A DNA stretch of 64,000 bases from Ilumatobacteraceae bacterium (GCA_030729045.1 JANQYF010000013.1:33480-97479), one strand, 5' to 3'; numbered from the stretch's first letter, positions 1-9,602 are shown. The notes: generated from the sequence alone by a model not told the origin. Program-made: numbers and translations.

Positions 1-45
1 TGGCCTCATTGAAAGAGTACCAAGACCGGACTAAGTAGTCCTGAC

Positions 46-807
46 GTGTCTCGTCACACTGCGCTGATTACCGGTGCATCATCAGGCATTGGGAAAGCGT
101 TTGCCCAGTACTACGCAGCAACAGGATTTGATCTTGTCCTTGTCGGTCGTGACGTTGAGCAACTCAATGTAGTACGCGACGAAGTAGTCGCTATTGGTGC
201 AAGCTGCAAGATTTGTATTGCAGATTTGTCGGAGTCAGACGGCGTTGCAAGTGTTTTGGAATTGTGCCCGCGGCCCGATGTTGTCGTTGCTAATGCCGGA
301 GTCACTGTTGCGGGGCGAGTAGGTACGCGTGAATGGGCTCAACTTGAGCAGATGAGTTATTTGCTTGGTGTCGGAGTTGCTCAGTTGCTTGAAGGACTTG
401 TTCCCGCAATGACACAACGAGGGTCAGGAGACATTCTGATCGTGTCCAGCATTGCTTCGTTGATCACGATGCCGAATTCAGCCATGTATGCAGCATCCAA
501 ATCGTTCGTCACCGCCTATGGACGGAGCTTGGCTGCTGAAACCGAACGATTCGGTGTTCGTGTATGCGTATTGTGTCCCGGCTATGTGCACACCAATTTG
601 CATGAACGAGCCGGTTTGTCACATCTTGAAAAGCAGGTTCCAGGGTGGATGTGGATCTCATCAGACACGGTGGTGCAGGCAGGAATAAAGGGCCTACGCC
701 GCAAGAAAATTGTGGTCGTGCCTGGTCGGGTGTACCGCTCGGTTCGCCCATTTATGAATTCCCGCGCCGCCCAGCGCATATGGCGACAACTGACAAAACG
801 GCACTGA
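46..807 (+). CDS. SDR family oxidoreductase
   Basis: 253-aa ORF with a GTG start. It has the TGASSGIGKA cofactor motif near the N-terminus and a YAASK (YxxxK) catalytic motif. Confidence 0.85.
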   Translation: MSRHTALITGASSGIGKAFAQYYAATGFDLVLVGRDVEQLNVVRDEVVAIGASCKICIADLSESDGVASVLELCPRPDVVVANAGVTVAGRVGTREWAQLEQMSYLLGVGVAQLLEGLVPAMTQRGSGDILIVSSIASLITMPNSAMYAASKSFVTAYGRSLAAETERFGVRVCVLCPGYVHTNLHERAGLSHLEKQVPGWMWISSDTVVQAGIKGLRRKKIVVVPGRVYRSVRPFMNSRAAQRIWRQLTKRH

Positions 808-889
808 GGCCAAGGCCCCCAATACGGACCCGTCAATAAGTTGGGCCAGGGGGTTGACGAATGGCCTAGGGAGGCGCAAGACTGTGTTC

Positions 890-955
890 ATGTCAATCGC
901 CAGCACTTCTCGCCGCCCTGTCGGCATCGCTGTCGCGATCATCATTATTCGTTAG
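890..955 (+). CDS. candidate Ile-rich leader peptide MSIASTSRRPVGIAVAIIIIR upstream of cimA
   Basis: Hand-translated 21-codon ORF, below the ORF-track cutoff: ATG 890, TAG 953-955. Six Ile codons, four of them consecutive (938-949). GGGAGG lies at 868-873. Two hairpins follow immediately. Confidence 0.45.
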   Translation: MSIASTSRRPVGIAVAIIIIR

Positions 956-984
956 CGCACGCCGGTCTCCGACGTGCGCGTTTC

Positions 985-1007
985 AGCCGCCTTTAGGGCG
1001 GCTTTTT
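985..1007 (+). terminator. intrinsic-terminator-like hairpin (candidate attenuator terminator)
   Basis: AGCCGCC (985-991) pairs with GGCGGCT (997-1003) around a 5-nt loop, followed by a run of five T (1003-1007). It sits 14 nt before the cimA ORF and is preceded by a second hairpin, GCGCACG (955-961) / CGTGCGC (973-979). Confidence 0.55.
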
Positions 1008-1020
1008 CATTCCCAAAATT

Positions 1021-2640
1021 TTGAACCAGACGACCCCAAAGAAGAACACTCTCATGAACACACAACACACCAAAGAACTAGTCGAAGCTTTTGACACCAC
1101 ATTGCGTGACGGCATGCAAGTAGAAGGTGTATCGGCAACTGTCGAAGACAAACTTCGCATCGCTGAACAACTTGATTACCTCGGCGTGCAGTTCATTGAA
1201 GGCGGATGGCCAGGAGCCAACCCGAAGGACATCGAGTTCTTTGCTCGCGCAGCTACGGAATTGAAGTTGAAGCATTCAACCTTGGTGGCATTCGGTTCAA
1301 CGCGTCGTCCAAAGGGCAAAGTTGACGATGATGCAACATTGCGCAACCTGCTTGAGGCCAATACGTCTGCAGTGTGCATCGTTGCGAAGTCATGGGATTA
1401 TCACGTCACGGAGGCGTTGCAGACAACTCTTGATGAAGGCGAACTGATGGTTGCTGATTCAGTTGAGTTCTTGACTGGCAATGGTCGTCAAGTAATGGTT
1501 GACCTCGAGCATTTCTTCGACGGCTACAAGAACAATCCAGAATTCGCAATGCGCGTTGTTGGCGCTGCAGTAATGAAGGGTGCAACTCACTTAGTGATGT
1601 GCGATACCAATGGTGGCTCGTTGCCTCATGAAATCGCAGAGATTGTTGCAAAGGTGAAAGCATTCGTCGGCAACGACGCAACATTGGGTATTCATTGTCA
1701 TGACGACACCGGATGTGCCGTTGCTAACTCAATGGCAGCTGTAATGGCTGGTGTTCGCCACGTACAGGGCACATTGAACGGGTTGGGGGAGCGCACTGGT
1801 AACACCAACCTCACCACTGTTATTCCAAACCTTGAATTGAAGATGGGCTTTCGCTGCTTGCCAGAAGGCAACCTTGATCGACTGACCGCCGTTAGCAATC
1901 ATGTAGCTGAAGTACTGAACCGCCCTCTAAACCCACAGGCTCCGTATGTTGGTTCATCTGCATTTGCGCATAAGGCAGGTTTGCACGTGTCGGCTATCAA
2001 GCGTGCGAAAGACGCATACGAGCACATTGACCCGGTAGTCGTAGGAAACGGAACTCGTTTTGTTGTCAGTGAAATGGCGGGCCGTGCCACTATCGAGGTA
2101 AAGGCTGAAGAGCTTGGTTTGAAGATGGACGGAGCCGCCATTGGTTCAGTCATTGAAGACCTGAAGCGCCTAGAGCACGAGGGCTATCACTTCGAAGCTG
2201 CTGATGCATCACTTGAACTACTGATGCGTCGCGCAAGCGGATGGAAGCATGATGCATTCCATGTTGAAACCATGCGTGTCATCACGGATGAAGCAGAGAA
2301 TGGCGAATTCACAACCGAAGCAACGGTCAAGGTGCGGGTCGGAGATAAGAGCTTCGTACACACGGCTGAAGGTAATGGTCCGGTGAACGCGATCGACGCT
2401 GCGTTACGTGCTTCGTTGTTGCCGCATTATCCGGAACTGGCCAAAGTGCACCTCGTTGACTACAAGGTACGAATTCTGGATGGTGCAACAGCTACTGGAG
2501 CAATCACCCGGGTTCTACTTGACGCCACAAACGGCGATAGGTCATGGACCACCATCGGAGTCTCAGCAAATATCATCGAAGCCTCCTGGAATGCCCTTGA
2601 AGAGTCATTGATCTATGGACTACTCCACGCTTCGGCGTAG
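1021..2640 (+). CDS. cimA: citramalate synthase (short CimA clade of the isopropylmalate/homocitrate synthase family)
   Basis: 539-aa ORF with FDTTLRDGMQ, GGWPGANPKDIEFF and HCHDDTG motifs plus a C-terminal LeuA-dimer-like region. Its length fits CimA rather than the long actinobacterial LeuA. Start is TTG 1021 or ATG 1054. Confidence 0.8.
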   Translation: MNQTTPKKNTLMNTQHTKELVEAFDTTLRDGMQVEGVSATVEDKLRIAEQLDYLGVQFIEGGWPGANPKDIEFFARAATELKLKHSTLVAFGSTRRPKGKVDDDATLRNLLEANTSAVCIVAKSWDYHVTEALQTTLDEGELMVADSVEFLTGNGRQVMVDLEHFFDGYKNNPEFAMRVVGAAVMKGATHLVMCDTNGGSLPHEIAEIVAKVKAFVGNDATLGIHCHDDTGCAVANSMAAVMAGVRHVQGTLNGLGERTGNTNLTTVIPNLELKMGFRCLPEGNLDRLTAVSNHVAEVLNRPLNPQAPYVGSSAFAHKAGLHVSAIKRAKDAYEHIDPVVVGNGTRFVVSEMAGRATIEVKAEELGLKMDGAAIGSVIEDLKRLEHEGYHFEAADASLELLMRRASGWKHDAFHVETMRVITDEAENGEFTTEATVKVRVGDKSFVHTAEGNGPVNAIDAALRASLLPHYPELAKVHLVDYKVRILDGATATGAITRVLLDATNGDRSWTTIGVSANIIEASWNALEESLIYGLLHASA

Positions 2641-2651
2641 AGTTTTAGTGC

Positions 2652-3182
2652 ATGTCAGCTCCCCGCTTTTCTCCAGTTCCTCCGGTTGAACCGGTTCGCT
2701 ACTACGAGTCTCCCGATTCAGTTCCTGAATCGTGGTCGCTAGGTCGTCCTGGTGAAATTCAGGGACGCCAGCCTGAAGGCGAGCGCCTTGGGTACCAAGG
2801 TCCTGATCAGGGATACATCATTGGTTTGGCCAAGCGTGCACGTGCTCGAGTTCGTTTAGCGCCAGGTGAAGACATGGACGACGTATTGCGTGGTTGTTCA
2901 CTTATTGCTTTGCGACGTGCCTCACTATTTGGTCGCGCGCCAGTGGTGCATGACTTGAACGTTGCACTAGGTATGTGGGGCTATCTGTCTGATGCTCCGC
3001 CAGCTGATTTGGTTGCGGTGCGTCGTGAGTTATTCGTTGGTGTGGGCAACGCTGCTCATCATTACAAAGAGGGCCGCGCAATTGCTGACATGGCTCCGAA
3101 TGAAACCCTGAGAATGTCGCCAACAGATGTGGTGACTCAATTTTCCACGCACTGGCGTTCACTCACAGGTTTTTCCGCATGA
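2652..3182 (+). CDS. hypothetical protein
   Basis: 176-aa ORF with an ATG start and no recognisable motif. Its stop overlaps the next gene's start (ATGA at 3179-3182), which suggests translational coupling. Confidence 0.5.
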   Translation: MSAPRFSPVPPVEPVRYYESPDSVPESWSLGRPGEIQGRQPEGERLGYQGPDQGYIIGLAKRARARVRLAPGEDMDDVLRGCSLIALRRASLFGRAPVVHDLNVALGMWGYLSDAPPADLVAVRRELFVGVGNAAHHYKEGRAIADMAPNETLRMSPTDVVTQFSTHWRSLTGFSA

Positions 3183-4963
3183 CCATTTACTCAGCTCCAC
3201 TGTCAGACATCGAGTTTTCACTCAACTCTTTTGTTGATCTTCCTTCAATCATGAAGTACGACCACTTTGGTGAAGCTGACCACAGTATGGTTTCAGACCT
3301 GCTCGCTGAAGCAGGGCGCTTCATGACCGACATCTTTGCTCCGCTGAATAAATCAGGAGACAACGAAGGCGCTAAGCGAAACGCTGACGGAACAGTCTCG
3401 ACACCACAAGGCTTCATTGAGGCGTATCACGCCTATGTTGAAGCTGGTTGGGGCGCTGTTTCTTTTGATACTGGTTTTGGTGGTGGAGGGTTCCCCTTTG
3501 TTGTCGGTATCGCAATTCAAGAGATGATGAACTCGGCAAATATGGCACTCAGCATGGCGCCATTGTTGACGCAGGGTGCAATTGATGCCATTCGTCATCA
3601 CGGTGACGAGATTCAAAAAATGACGTACCTGCCAAAGATGATTACGGGCGAGTGGACTGGCACCATGAATCTCACCGAGCCAGATGCGGGAAGTGACGTC
3701 GGTTCAGTTCGCACGAAAGCTGTGCCCCAGGCAGATGGCACGTATCGCATTTACGGCACCAAGATCTATATCACCTTTGGTGAACATGACATGGCAGACA
3801 ACATCATTCACTTGGTGCTGGCGCGTACGCCAGATGCTCCAGCCGGAACTAAAGGTATTTCATGCTTCATTGTTCCGAAGTACCTTGTGGGTGCTGACGG
3901 TTCTCTTGGTGCAAAGAACGATGTGTCGTGTGTTTCTATCGAACACAAACTAGGCATCAAAGCAAGCCCTACTTGTGTGTTGTCGTTTGGTGACAATGAC
4001 GGCGCCATTGGGTATCTCATTGGTGAAGAGAACCATGGCATGCAATACATGTTCACCATGATGAACCAAGCACGTCTCTCTGTGGGTCTTGAAGGTCTGG
4101 CGCTTGCAGAACGTGCGTATCAACAATCTCTTGAGTATTCAGTTCTTCGTCATCAAGGTCGTGCACCTGGGGCACCAGCTGGTGAAGCATCTTCCATCAT
4201 TGATCACCCAGACGTGAAGCGAATGCTTGTCACAATGAAATCAACGATTGAAGCCCTTCGTCGTTTGTTGTATTGGAATGCTGCGTGCATTGATGTTGCT
4301 GCACATCATCCTGATGCAGCAGAACGTGAAAAAGCTTCTGACTTGGCCGCATTGTTAACACCACTGTCTAAGGGCTGGGGTACTGACATGGGTGTTGCCC
4401 TCACGGGTATCGCAATTCAAATTCATGGCGGCATGGGATTCATTGAAGAGACTGGTGTCGCACAGCATTATCGCGATGCTCGCATCACCACCATTTATGA
4501 AGGCACAAACGGCATTCAAGCAATGGACTTAGTTGGTCGCAAAATGGGACTCAAAGGTGGCGCAGTTCTCGGAGGCTTGCTTGATGAGATCGATGCATTA
4601 GATGCCAAACTCATCAAACATCCCGAGCTTGAGTCTCTCGCATCCGCATTGCAGTCAGCGTTGAAGTCTGTACGTGGTACTACGCAATGGTTACAGCAGA
4701 ACGGCACGAACCAAGTTGCTGTGTTGTCTGGCGCTACGCCGTACCTCACTCAACTATCAACATTGGTTGGTGGCTATGTCATGGCGAGATCTGCACATTT
4801 AGCGGTTCACTCAGAAATGTCAGCTGATGACATTTCTGCAAAAGTTGCCACAGCACGGTTTTTTTGCGAACAACTTCTTCCTGTTGTTCATGGCTTGAGT
4901 TCATCAATCACCGGCGACGGTGATTTGCTGATGAGTTTCACTCACGACACGTTGTCGCGCTAA
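3179..4963 (+). CDS. acyl-CoA dehydrogenase, long FadE5-like type
   Basis: 594-aa ORF with TEPDAGSDVG and a canonical IYEGTNGIQ catalytic-base motif. The extended C-terminal helical domain matches the ~600-aa FadE5-like ACADs. Confidence 0.85.
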   Translation: MTIYSAPLSDIEFSLNSFVDLPSIMKYDHFGEADHSMVSDLLAEAGRFMTDIFAPLNKSGDNEGAKRNADGTVSTPQGFIEAYHAYVEAGWGAVSFDTGFGGGGFPFVVGIAIQEMMNSANMALSMAPLLTQGAIDAIRHHGDEIQKMTYLPKMITGEWTGTMNLTEPDAGSDVGSVRTKAVPQADGTYRIYGTKIYITFGEHDMADNIIHLVLARTPDAPAGTKGISCFIVPKYLVGADGSLGAKNDVSCVSIEHKLGIKASPTCVLSFGDNDGAIGYLIGEENHGMQYMFTMMNQARLSVGLEGLALAERAYQQSLEYSVLRHQGRAPGAPAGEASSIIDHPDVKRMLVTMKSTIEALRRLLYWNAACIDVAAHHPDAAEREKASDLAALLTPLSKGWGTDMGVALTGIAIQIHGGMGFIEETGVAQHYRDARITTIYEGTNGIQAMDLVGRKMGLKGGAVLGGLLDEIDALDAKLIKHPELESLASALQSALKSVRGTTQWLQQNGTNQVAVLSGATPYLTQLSTLVGGYVMARSAHLAVHSEMSADDISAKVATARFFCEQLLPVVHGLSSSITGDGDLLMSFTHDTLSR

Positions 4964-5343
4964 AGGTCAATCGCGTGGGCACGAAGCCCTTCAACATCAC
5001 AGAACTCTGTGGCTGCCATGTGCGTTGAGTGCAGTTTCACTTGCGGTGCTTTACCTTCTTCAAAAGCTTCCTGCCATCGCGGTGCACACAAGCACCACTG
5101 ATCGCCGGCCTTGAGGCCCGCAAATCCGTACTGGGGCATTGGAGTGGAGAGGTCGTTACCCGCAGCCTTCGAGAACTCAAGGAACTCATCGGTCATGATG
5201 GCGCACACGGCATGAACCCCAACATCGTCACCACCGACTTCACAGCAGCCAGTGCGATAAAAGCCTGTTACCGGTGATGTGCAGCAAGTGCGTAAGCGCT
5301 CTCCGAGCACATTGAGTTGTTCTGTCTCTGTGAAACCGTCCAT
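4960..5343 (-). CDS. DUF2237 family protein
   Basis: 127-aa ORF. The Cys-rich pattern (TGFYRTGCC...HAVCAIMTDEFLEF...WCLC) matches my recollection of DUF2237. The convergent stop overlaps the fadE5-like stop. Confidence 0.65.
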   Translation of the reverse strand: MDGFTETEQLNVLGERLRTCCTSPVTGFYRTGCCEVGGDDVGVHAVCAIMTDEFLEFSKAAGNDLSTPMPQYGFAGLKAGDQWCLCAPRWQEAFEEGKAPQVKLHSTHMAATEFCDVEGLRAHAIDL

Positions 5344-5400
5344 CTCTTCAAACTACCGTTGACTGTCGTTCAATCGCTGTGCCACTAACCTTGCAGAGTC

Positions 5401-6807
5401 ATGTCTGATTCTCCTCGCTATCGCTTTGCTCCATCACCAACTGGTTTTTTCCACGTCGGGGGAGCCCGCACCGCTCTCTACAACTGGGCACTTGCGTTAC
5501 GTACGGGCGGAACGTTTGTTTTGCGAATTGAAGACACTGACGAATCACGCAATAGTCCTGAATGGACCCAAGGCATCATTGATGCTCTGTCGTGGCTAGG
5601 AATTGATTCACAGTCGCCACGTTTCGAAGGTCCGTACTTCCAGTCACAGAACGCAGAGCTTCATATTGCTGCTGCTATGAAACTGCACGCTGCAGGTAAG
5701 GCCTACTGGTGCGACCTAACGGCTGACCAAATTCAAGAACGCGCAAAGACATCAGGCAAGCAGGGCTATGACGGTTACTCACGTGACCGCGGGCTTGCTG
5801 GTGGCCCCGGGCACGTATTGCGGTTTCGTGTACCGGAAGGGGCAACCATCGTTTCCGACCTTGTTCGTGGTGAAGTGGAATTCGCCAACGACACCATCGA
5901 AGACTTCGTATTGTTGCGCAGTAACGGGAGCCCCATGTTCTTGCTCGCCAACGTGGTTGATGACATTGAGATGCGCATTACACACGTCGTGCGTGCAGAA
6001 GAGCATTTACCGAATACGCCGAAGCAACAAATGTTGTGGGAAGCACTGGGCGCAACGCCGCCAATTTGGGCACACGTTCCAGTGCTTGTTAACGAACAAC
6101 GCAAAAAGCTTTCTAAGCGCCGCGACAAAGTTGCTCTCGAGCAGTATCGCGAAGAGGGAATTCTTCCCAATGCAATGATCAACTACCTCATGACGCTTGG
6201 GTGGGCTCCAGCTGGCGATACTGAAATTGTTCACTGGTCTTCAATGGTGGAAGAGTTCCGTTTGGAAGATGTCAATCACTCACCAGCGTTCTTTGACATC
6301 AAGAAATTGTCTTCATTCAATGGTGATTACATTCGCGCCATGTCGTTAGATGAATTCATTCAGGCAGCATCTCCTGTGCTGGCATCCACTGAAGCATGGC
6401 CAGCAGATCGTTTTAGTGCAGGCGTCTTCGTGCAAGCAGCCCCACTTGTTCAAACTCGAGTTGTTACGTTGTCAGAGATACCTGCAATGGTTGATTTCTT
6501 GTTCCTGGAGAACCCTGCAATTGATGACGACGCATGGAATAAAACAATGAGTGCAGATTTTGCTCGCACAGTTCTCGCGGACTTCACTGCAGCAATCGCA
6601 TCTGCCGAATGGAACCACGACAGTTTGAAGGGAATTCTTGAAACATGGACGGAAGCCAACGGTTTGAAGTTAGGTAAGACGCAAGCGCCGATTCGTGTTG
6701 CAATTACCGGACGAACAGTTGGCCCCCCTTTGTTTGAGAGTCTTGAGATTCTTGGGCGCGAGGAAACGATTCGTCGCCTTACTGCCGGCATTGCACGGCT
6801 GGGATAA
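5401..6807 (+). CDS. gltX: glutamate--tRNA ligase
   Basis: 468-aa ORF with [22 protein letters not shown] (HIGH-type motif) and KLSKR (KMSKS-type motif). It is followed by tRNA-Gln, as in many Actinobacteria. Confidence 0.95.
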   Translation: MSDSPRYRFAPSPTGFFHVGGARTALYNWALALRTGGTFVLRIEDTDESRNSPEWTQGIIDALSWLGIDSQSPRFEGPYFQSQNAELHIAAAMKLHAAGKAYWCDLTADQIQERAKTSGKQGYDGYSRDRGLAGGPGHVLRFRVPEGATIVSDLVRGEVEFANDTIEDFVLLRSNGSPMFLLANVVDDIEMRITHVVRAEEHLPNTPKQQMLWEALGATPPIWAHVPVLVNEQRKKLSKRRDKVALEQYREEGILPNAMINYLMTLGWAPAGDTEIVHWSSMVEEFRLEDVNHSPAFFDIKKLSSFNGDYIRAMSLDEFIQAASPVLASTEAWPADRFSAGVFVQAAPLVQTRVVTLSEIPAMVDFLFLENPAIDDDAWNKTMSADFARTVLADFTAAIASAEWNHDSLKGILETWTEANGLKLGKTQAPIRVAITGRTVGPPLFESLEILGREETIRRLTAGIARLG

Positions 6808-6815
6808 TTTCTGAT

Positions 6816-7433
6816 ATGCGCGCTTTTGTGCGTTCTGCAATAGTCCTCACTTTGGGAGTGTGTCTCGCTCTTGTTTCGTATGTGGGAATTGCTGCAGTGT
6901 CACTTACTTGGGCTGGCACGCATCAGTACGAAAGAAAAGTTGATGCGATAGTTGTCATGGGAGCGGCTCAATATGACGGCGTGCCGTCGCCGTTACTTGC
7001 ATCGCGATTACAACAAGCGCTTGACCTATGGAAACGAAAGCAGGCTCCTGTTATTGCAGTGACTGGTGGAAAACGGCCGGGAGATCGTTTTACTGAAGGT
7101 GATACGTCGCGACGATGGCTGACCGACAGGGGAGTGCCAGTAGCTGACATCGTTGTTGAATCAGCTGGTAGTTCCACATGGGAATCTATTGAGAACTTGG
7201 CCCCGCTATTGAATGAAGCAGACGTTGATTCTGTGGTTGTAGTCAGCAGCTCGTGGCATGTGCAGCGCGCCGCATTGTCGCTGGAAGAGTTGGGCTTTCG
7301 TTCCCATAGTTCGGCTTCGCCTGACGGGGTCCTTTCTGGCTCCTCTGAAAAATGGAAACTGATTCGTGAAATTGCTGGTGTTTCCCTCGGCCGAATCATT
7401 GGTTTTGGCACTTTGTTCGATATCACGGGCTAG
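6816..7433 (+). CDS. YdcF/DUF218 family protein
   Basis: 205-aa ORF with an N-terminal TM segment, then AIVVMGAAQYDG...LQQALDLW...VIAVTGG, the pattern typical of DUF218/ElyC-like proteins. Confidence 0.65.
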   Translation: MRAFVRSAIVLTLGVCLALVSYVGIAAVSLTWAGTHQYERKVDAIVVMGAAQYDGVPSPLLASRLQQALDLWKRKQAPVIAVTGGKRPGDRFTEGDTSRRWLTDRGVPVADIVVESAGSSTWESIENLAPLLNEADVDSVVVVSSSWHVQRAALSLEELGFRSHSSASPDGVLSGSSEKWKLIREIAGVSLGRIIGFGTLFDITG

Positions 7434-7481
7434 GTCCACGGTGGTGGTCATGGTGAGTCACCGCTAAACTGATGAATGCAC

Positions 7482-7556
7482 TGGGGAATGGTGTAATTGG
7501 CAACACAGCAGTTTCTGGAACTGTTATTCAGGGTTCGAGTCCTTGTTCCCCAACCA
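7482..7556 (+). tRNA. tRNA-Gln (anticodon CTG), CCA encoded
   Basis: Hand-folded cloverleaf. Acceptor TGGGGAA/TTCCCCA; D stem GTGT/ACAC; anticodon stem GCAGT/ACTGT with loop TTCTGGA; T arm CAGGG-TTCGAGT-CCTTG; discriminator A plus CCA. 75 nt. Confidence 0.9.
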
Positions 7557-7557
7557 A

Positions 7558-8388
7558 ATGGACGTTGATATCAACTCCCTTGAAACGGTTTCTTACCGTG
7601 TTCAACAACCGGGCGATCAAGGCATCGCCGTTATTTCGCTGAATCGTGACAGCAAGCGCAATGCGCAGAACAATCAGATGACATACGAGCTCAACGCGTG
7701 TTACGACGCAGCGGCCCGTGATTCCAATGTCAAGGTCATTGTGCTTCGCGCTGAAGGAAAGCATTTCTCTGCCGGGCATGATTTGCGTGACAAATCGAAC
7801 CATCTTGATTTCCCGCAAGTGTTTCCACAATCAGGTTTCACTGGTGAAGGCCAAGAAGGAATGATGGCGCATGAGGAAGAGGTGTACTTCAACATGTGTT
7901 GGCGTTGGCGCAATATTCCAAAGCCGGTCATAGCAGCTGCGCAAGGAATGACTATCGCTGGCGGGCTTATGTTGTTGTGGGTTGCCGACATCATCATTGC
8001 TGCAGACGATGCAACGTTCTCAGACCCAGTTGTTGCTTTCGGAGTCAACGGTGTCGAGTATTTTGCTCACCCCTGGGAATTTGGTGCTCGTAAAGCAAAA
8101 GAACTTCTCTTCACGGGCGACACCTTCACGGCTCAAGAAGCAATGGATGCGGGCATGATCAACAGAGTGGTGCCGGCAGCAGAGCTTGACTCAGCCACAA
8201 TGGCGATGGCCGCAAAGATTGCAACGAAACCTGGCTTTGCTTTGAAGCTTGCCAAAGAATCTGTGAATCAAACACTGGAAGCGCAAGGGCAATACAACGC
8301 ATTTCGTGCTGCGTTCTCTTTGCAACATCTCGGACATGCCAACAACAAGTTGCGTTTTGGCATGGCAATTGATCCGTCCGGTTTGTAA
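7558..8388 (+). CDS. enoyl-CoA hydratase/isomerase (crotonase) family protein
   Basis: The ORF-track ORF 7543..8388 begins inside the tRNA, so ATG 7558 (MDVDINSLETVSY...) is the first plausible start. Crotonase features: IAVISLNRDSKRNA, HFSAGHDL, AAAQGMTIAGG. Confidence 0.8.
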   Translation: MDVDINSLETVSYRVQQPGDQGIAVISLNRDSKRNAQNNQMTYELNACYDAAARDSNVKVIVLRAEGKHFSAGHDLRDKSNHLDFPQVFPQSGFTGEGQEGMMAHEEEVYFNMCWRWRNIPKPVIAAAQGMTIAGGLMLLWVADIIIAADDATFSDPVVAFGVNGVEYFAHPWEFGARKAKELLFTGDTFTAQEAMDAGMINRVVPAAELDSATMAMAAKIATKPGFALKLAKESVNQTLEAQGQYNAFRAAFSLQHLGHANNKLRFGMAIDPSGL

Positions 8389-8396
8389 GTAGCGCG

Positions 8397-9602
8397 ATGT
8401 CGGTTGATCTCAATCCCGACTCTGTGCATGAACAATGCACTGAATGGTTACACAAGAACTGGAATCCTGAACTGTCCTTGCGCGAATGGCGCGAACGTCT
8501 CGTTGACTCGGGTTGGGCAGTTCCGCATTGGCCAACGCAATGGATGGGCAAAGGTCTTCCCGCATGGAGCGAGCGCACTGTGTCGCTAGCACTGAATGCA
8601 ATCGGCGCACCTGGTTTACCTACCGGTGTTGGTATGTCGTTGGCCGCTCCCACGATTCTTGAAAATGGCTCAGTAGATATGAAGTCACGGTTTCTGCGTC
8701 CCACTCTCACAGGCGAATATTCATGGTGCCAATTGTTTAGTGAACCTGGTGCAGGTTCTGACTTGGCCGGCCTTTCAGCCAAAGCAACTCTTGATGGTGA
8801 TGAATGGATCATCAATGGCCAAAAGGTGTGGAATACCAGTGCACATCATGCCGATTACGGAATCTTGCTTGCGCGCACAGATTCATCAGTCTCAAAACAT
8901 CACGGCATCACATACTTTGTTTTGCCAATGAAGCAAGAGGGTGTCATGGTTCGACCACTTGCGCAAATGAATTATCACTCGTCATTCAATGAAGTGTTTA
9001 TGACTGATGCACGACTTCCAAAAGATTTTGTGGTGGGTGATGTGAATGCAGGTTGGACTGTTGCATTGGCAACCCTTGCGCACGAACGACGCTTTGGCAA
9101 TATTGTGTCGCGACCCAAAGTAGATACAGGTGGGCGCGTAGTGCAAGAAGCACTCATCGAATACACCGAATACATGGAGACCTACAAGTGGTATCCGCAA
9201 CGTGCAGGCCGAGTTGACCTTCTTGTTCCTCAGCTCACGGAACGCAGCCTCAATACCGACCCAATGTTGCGTCAAGATGTTGCTCGCATTCTCGCAATGC
9301 AAAAGGTCAGCGGATGGACTGCAGATCGTGCACGAGCAGCTCGCGAATTGGGCAAACCACCCGGGGCTGAAGGATCAGTCGGCAAATTGGCAATGAGCAC
9401 AATTGCGCGCCTCGCATCTCTTGCACACGGACACATTGCCGGTGCAGACGGAATGTTGATGGGCCCAGCTTCACCAGCCGATGGCATGGTGGCAGAAGTT
9501 CTTGTATCTGTCCCTGGGCAATCAATCGCAGGTGGAACCGATGAGATCCAGCACAACATTTTGGGTGAACGCGTACTTGGCCTTCCCCGCGAACCTCAAT
9601 AA
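8397..9602 (+). CDS. acyl-CoA dehydrogenase family protein
   Basis: 401-aa ORF with WCQLFSEPGAGSDLAGL and a C-terminal IAGGTDEIQHNILGERVLGLPREP. It is a paralogue of the ORFs at 54101 and 56208. Confidence 0.85.
   Translation: MSVDLNPDSVHEQCTEWLHKNWNPELSLREWRERLVDSGWAVPHWPTQWMGKGLPAWSERTVSLALNAIGAPGLPTGVGMSLAAPTILENGSVDMKSRFLRPTLTGEYSWCQLFSEPGAGSDLAGLSAKATLDGDEWIINGQKVWNTSAHHADYGILLARTDSSVSKHHGITYFVLPMKQEGVMVRPLAQMNYHSSFNEVFMTDARLPKDFVVGDVNAGWTVALATLAHERRFGNIVSRPKVDTGGRVVQEALIEYTEYMETYKWYPQRAGRVDLLVPQLTERSLNTDPMLRQDVARILAMQKVSGWTADRARAARELGKPPGAEGSVGKLAMSTIARLASLAHGHIAGADGMLMGPASPADGMVAEVLVSVPGQSIAGGTDEIQHNILGERVLGLPREPQ

Noticed and set aside
1-34. A possible 3' end of an upstream gene (frame 2, ending TAA 32-34).
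   Set aside because: Only 11 codons are visible, which is too little to support any call.
8159-8815. Long ORFs (175-218 aa) antisense to well-supported genes: 8159-8815, 17788-18426, 28491-29123, 33134-33724, 34866-35459, 46024-46551, 53370-54002 and 57005-57658.
   Set aside because: Each lies entirely inside a motif-rich gene on the other strand. Their composition (Arg/Ser/Pro/Cys-rich) is low-complexity, with no recognisable motifs. This is the expected antisense open-frame artefact.
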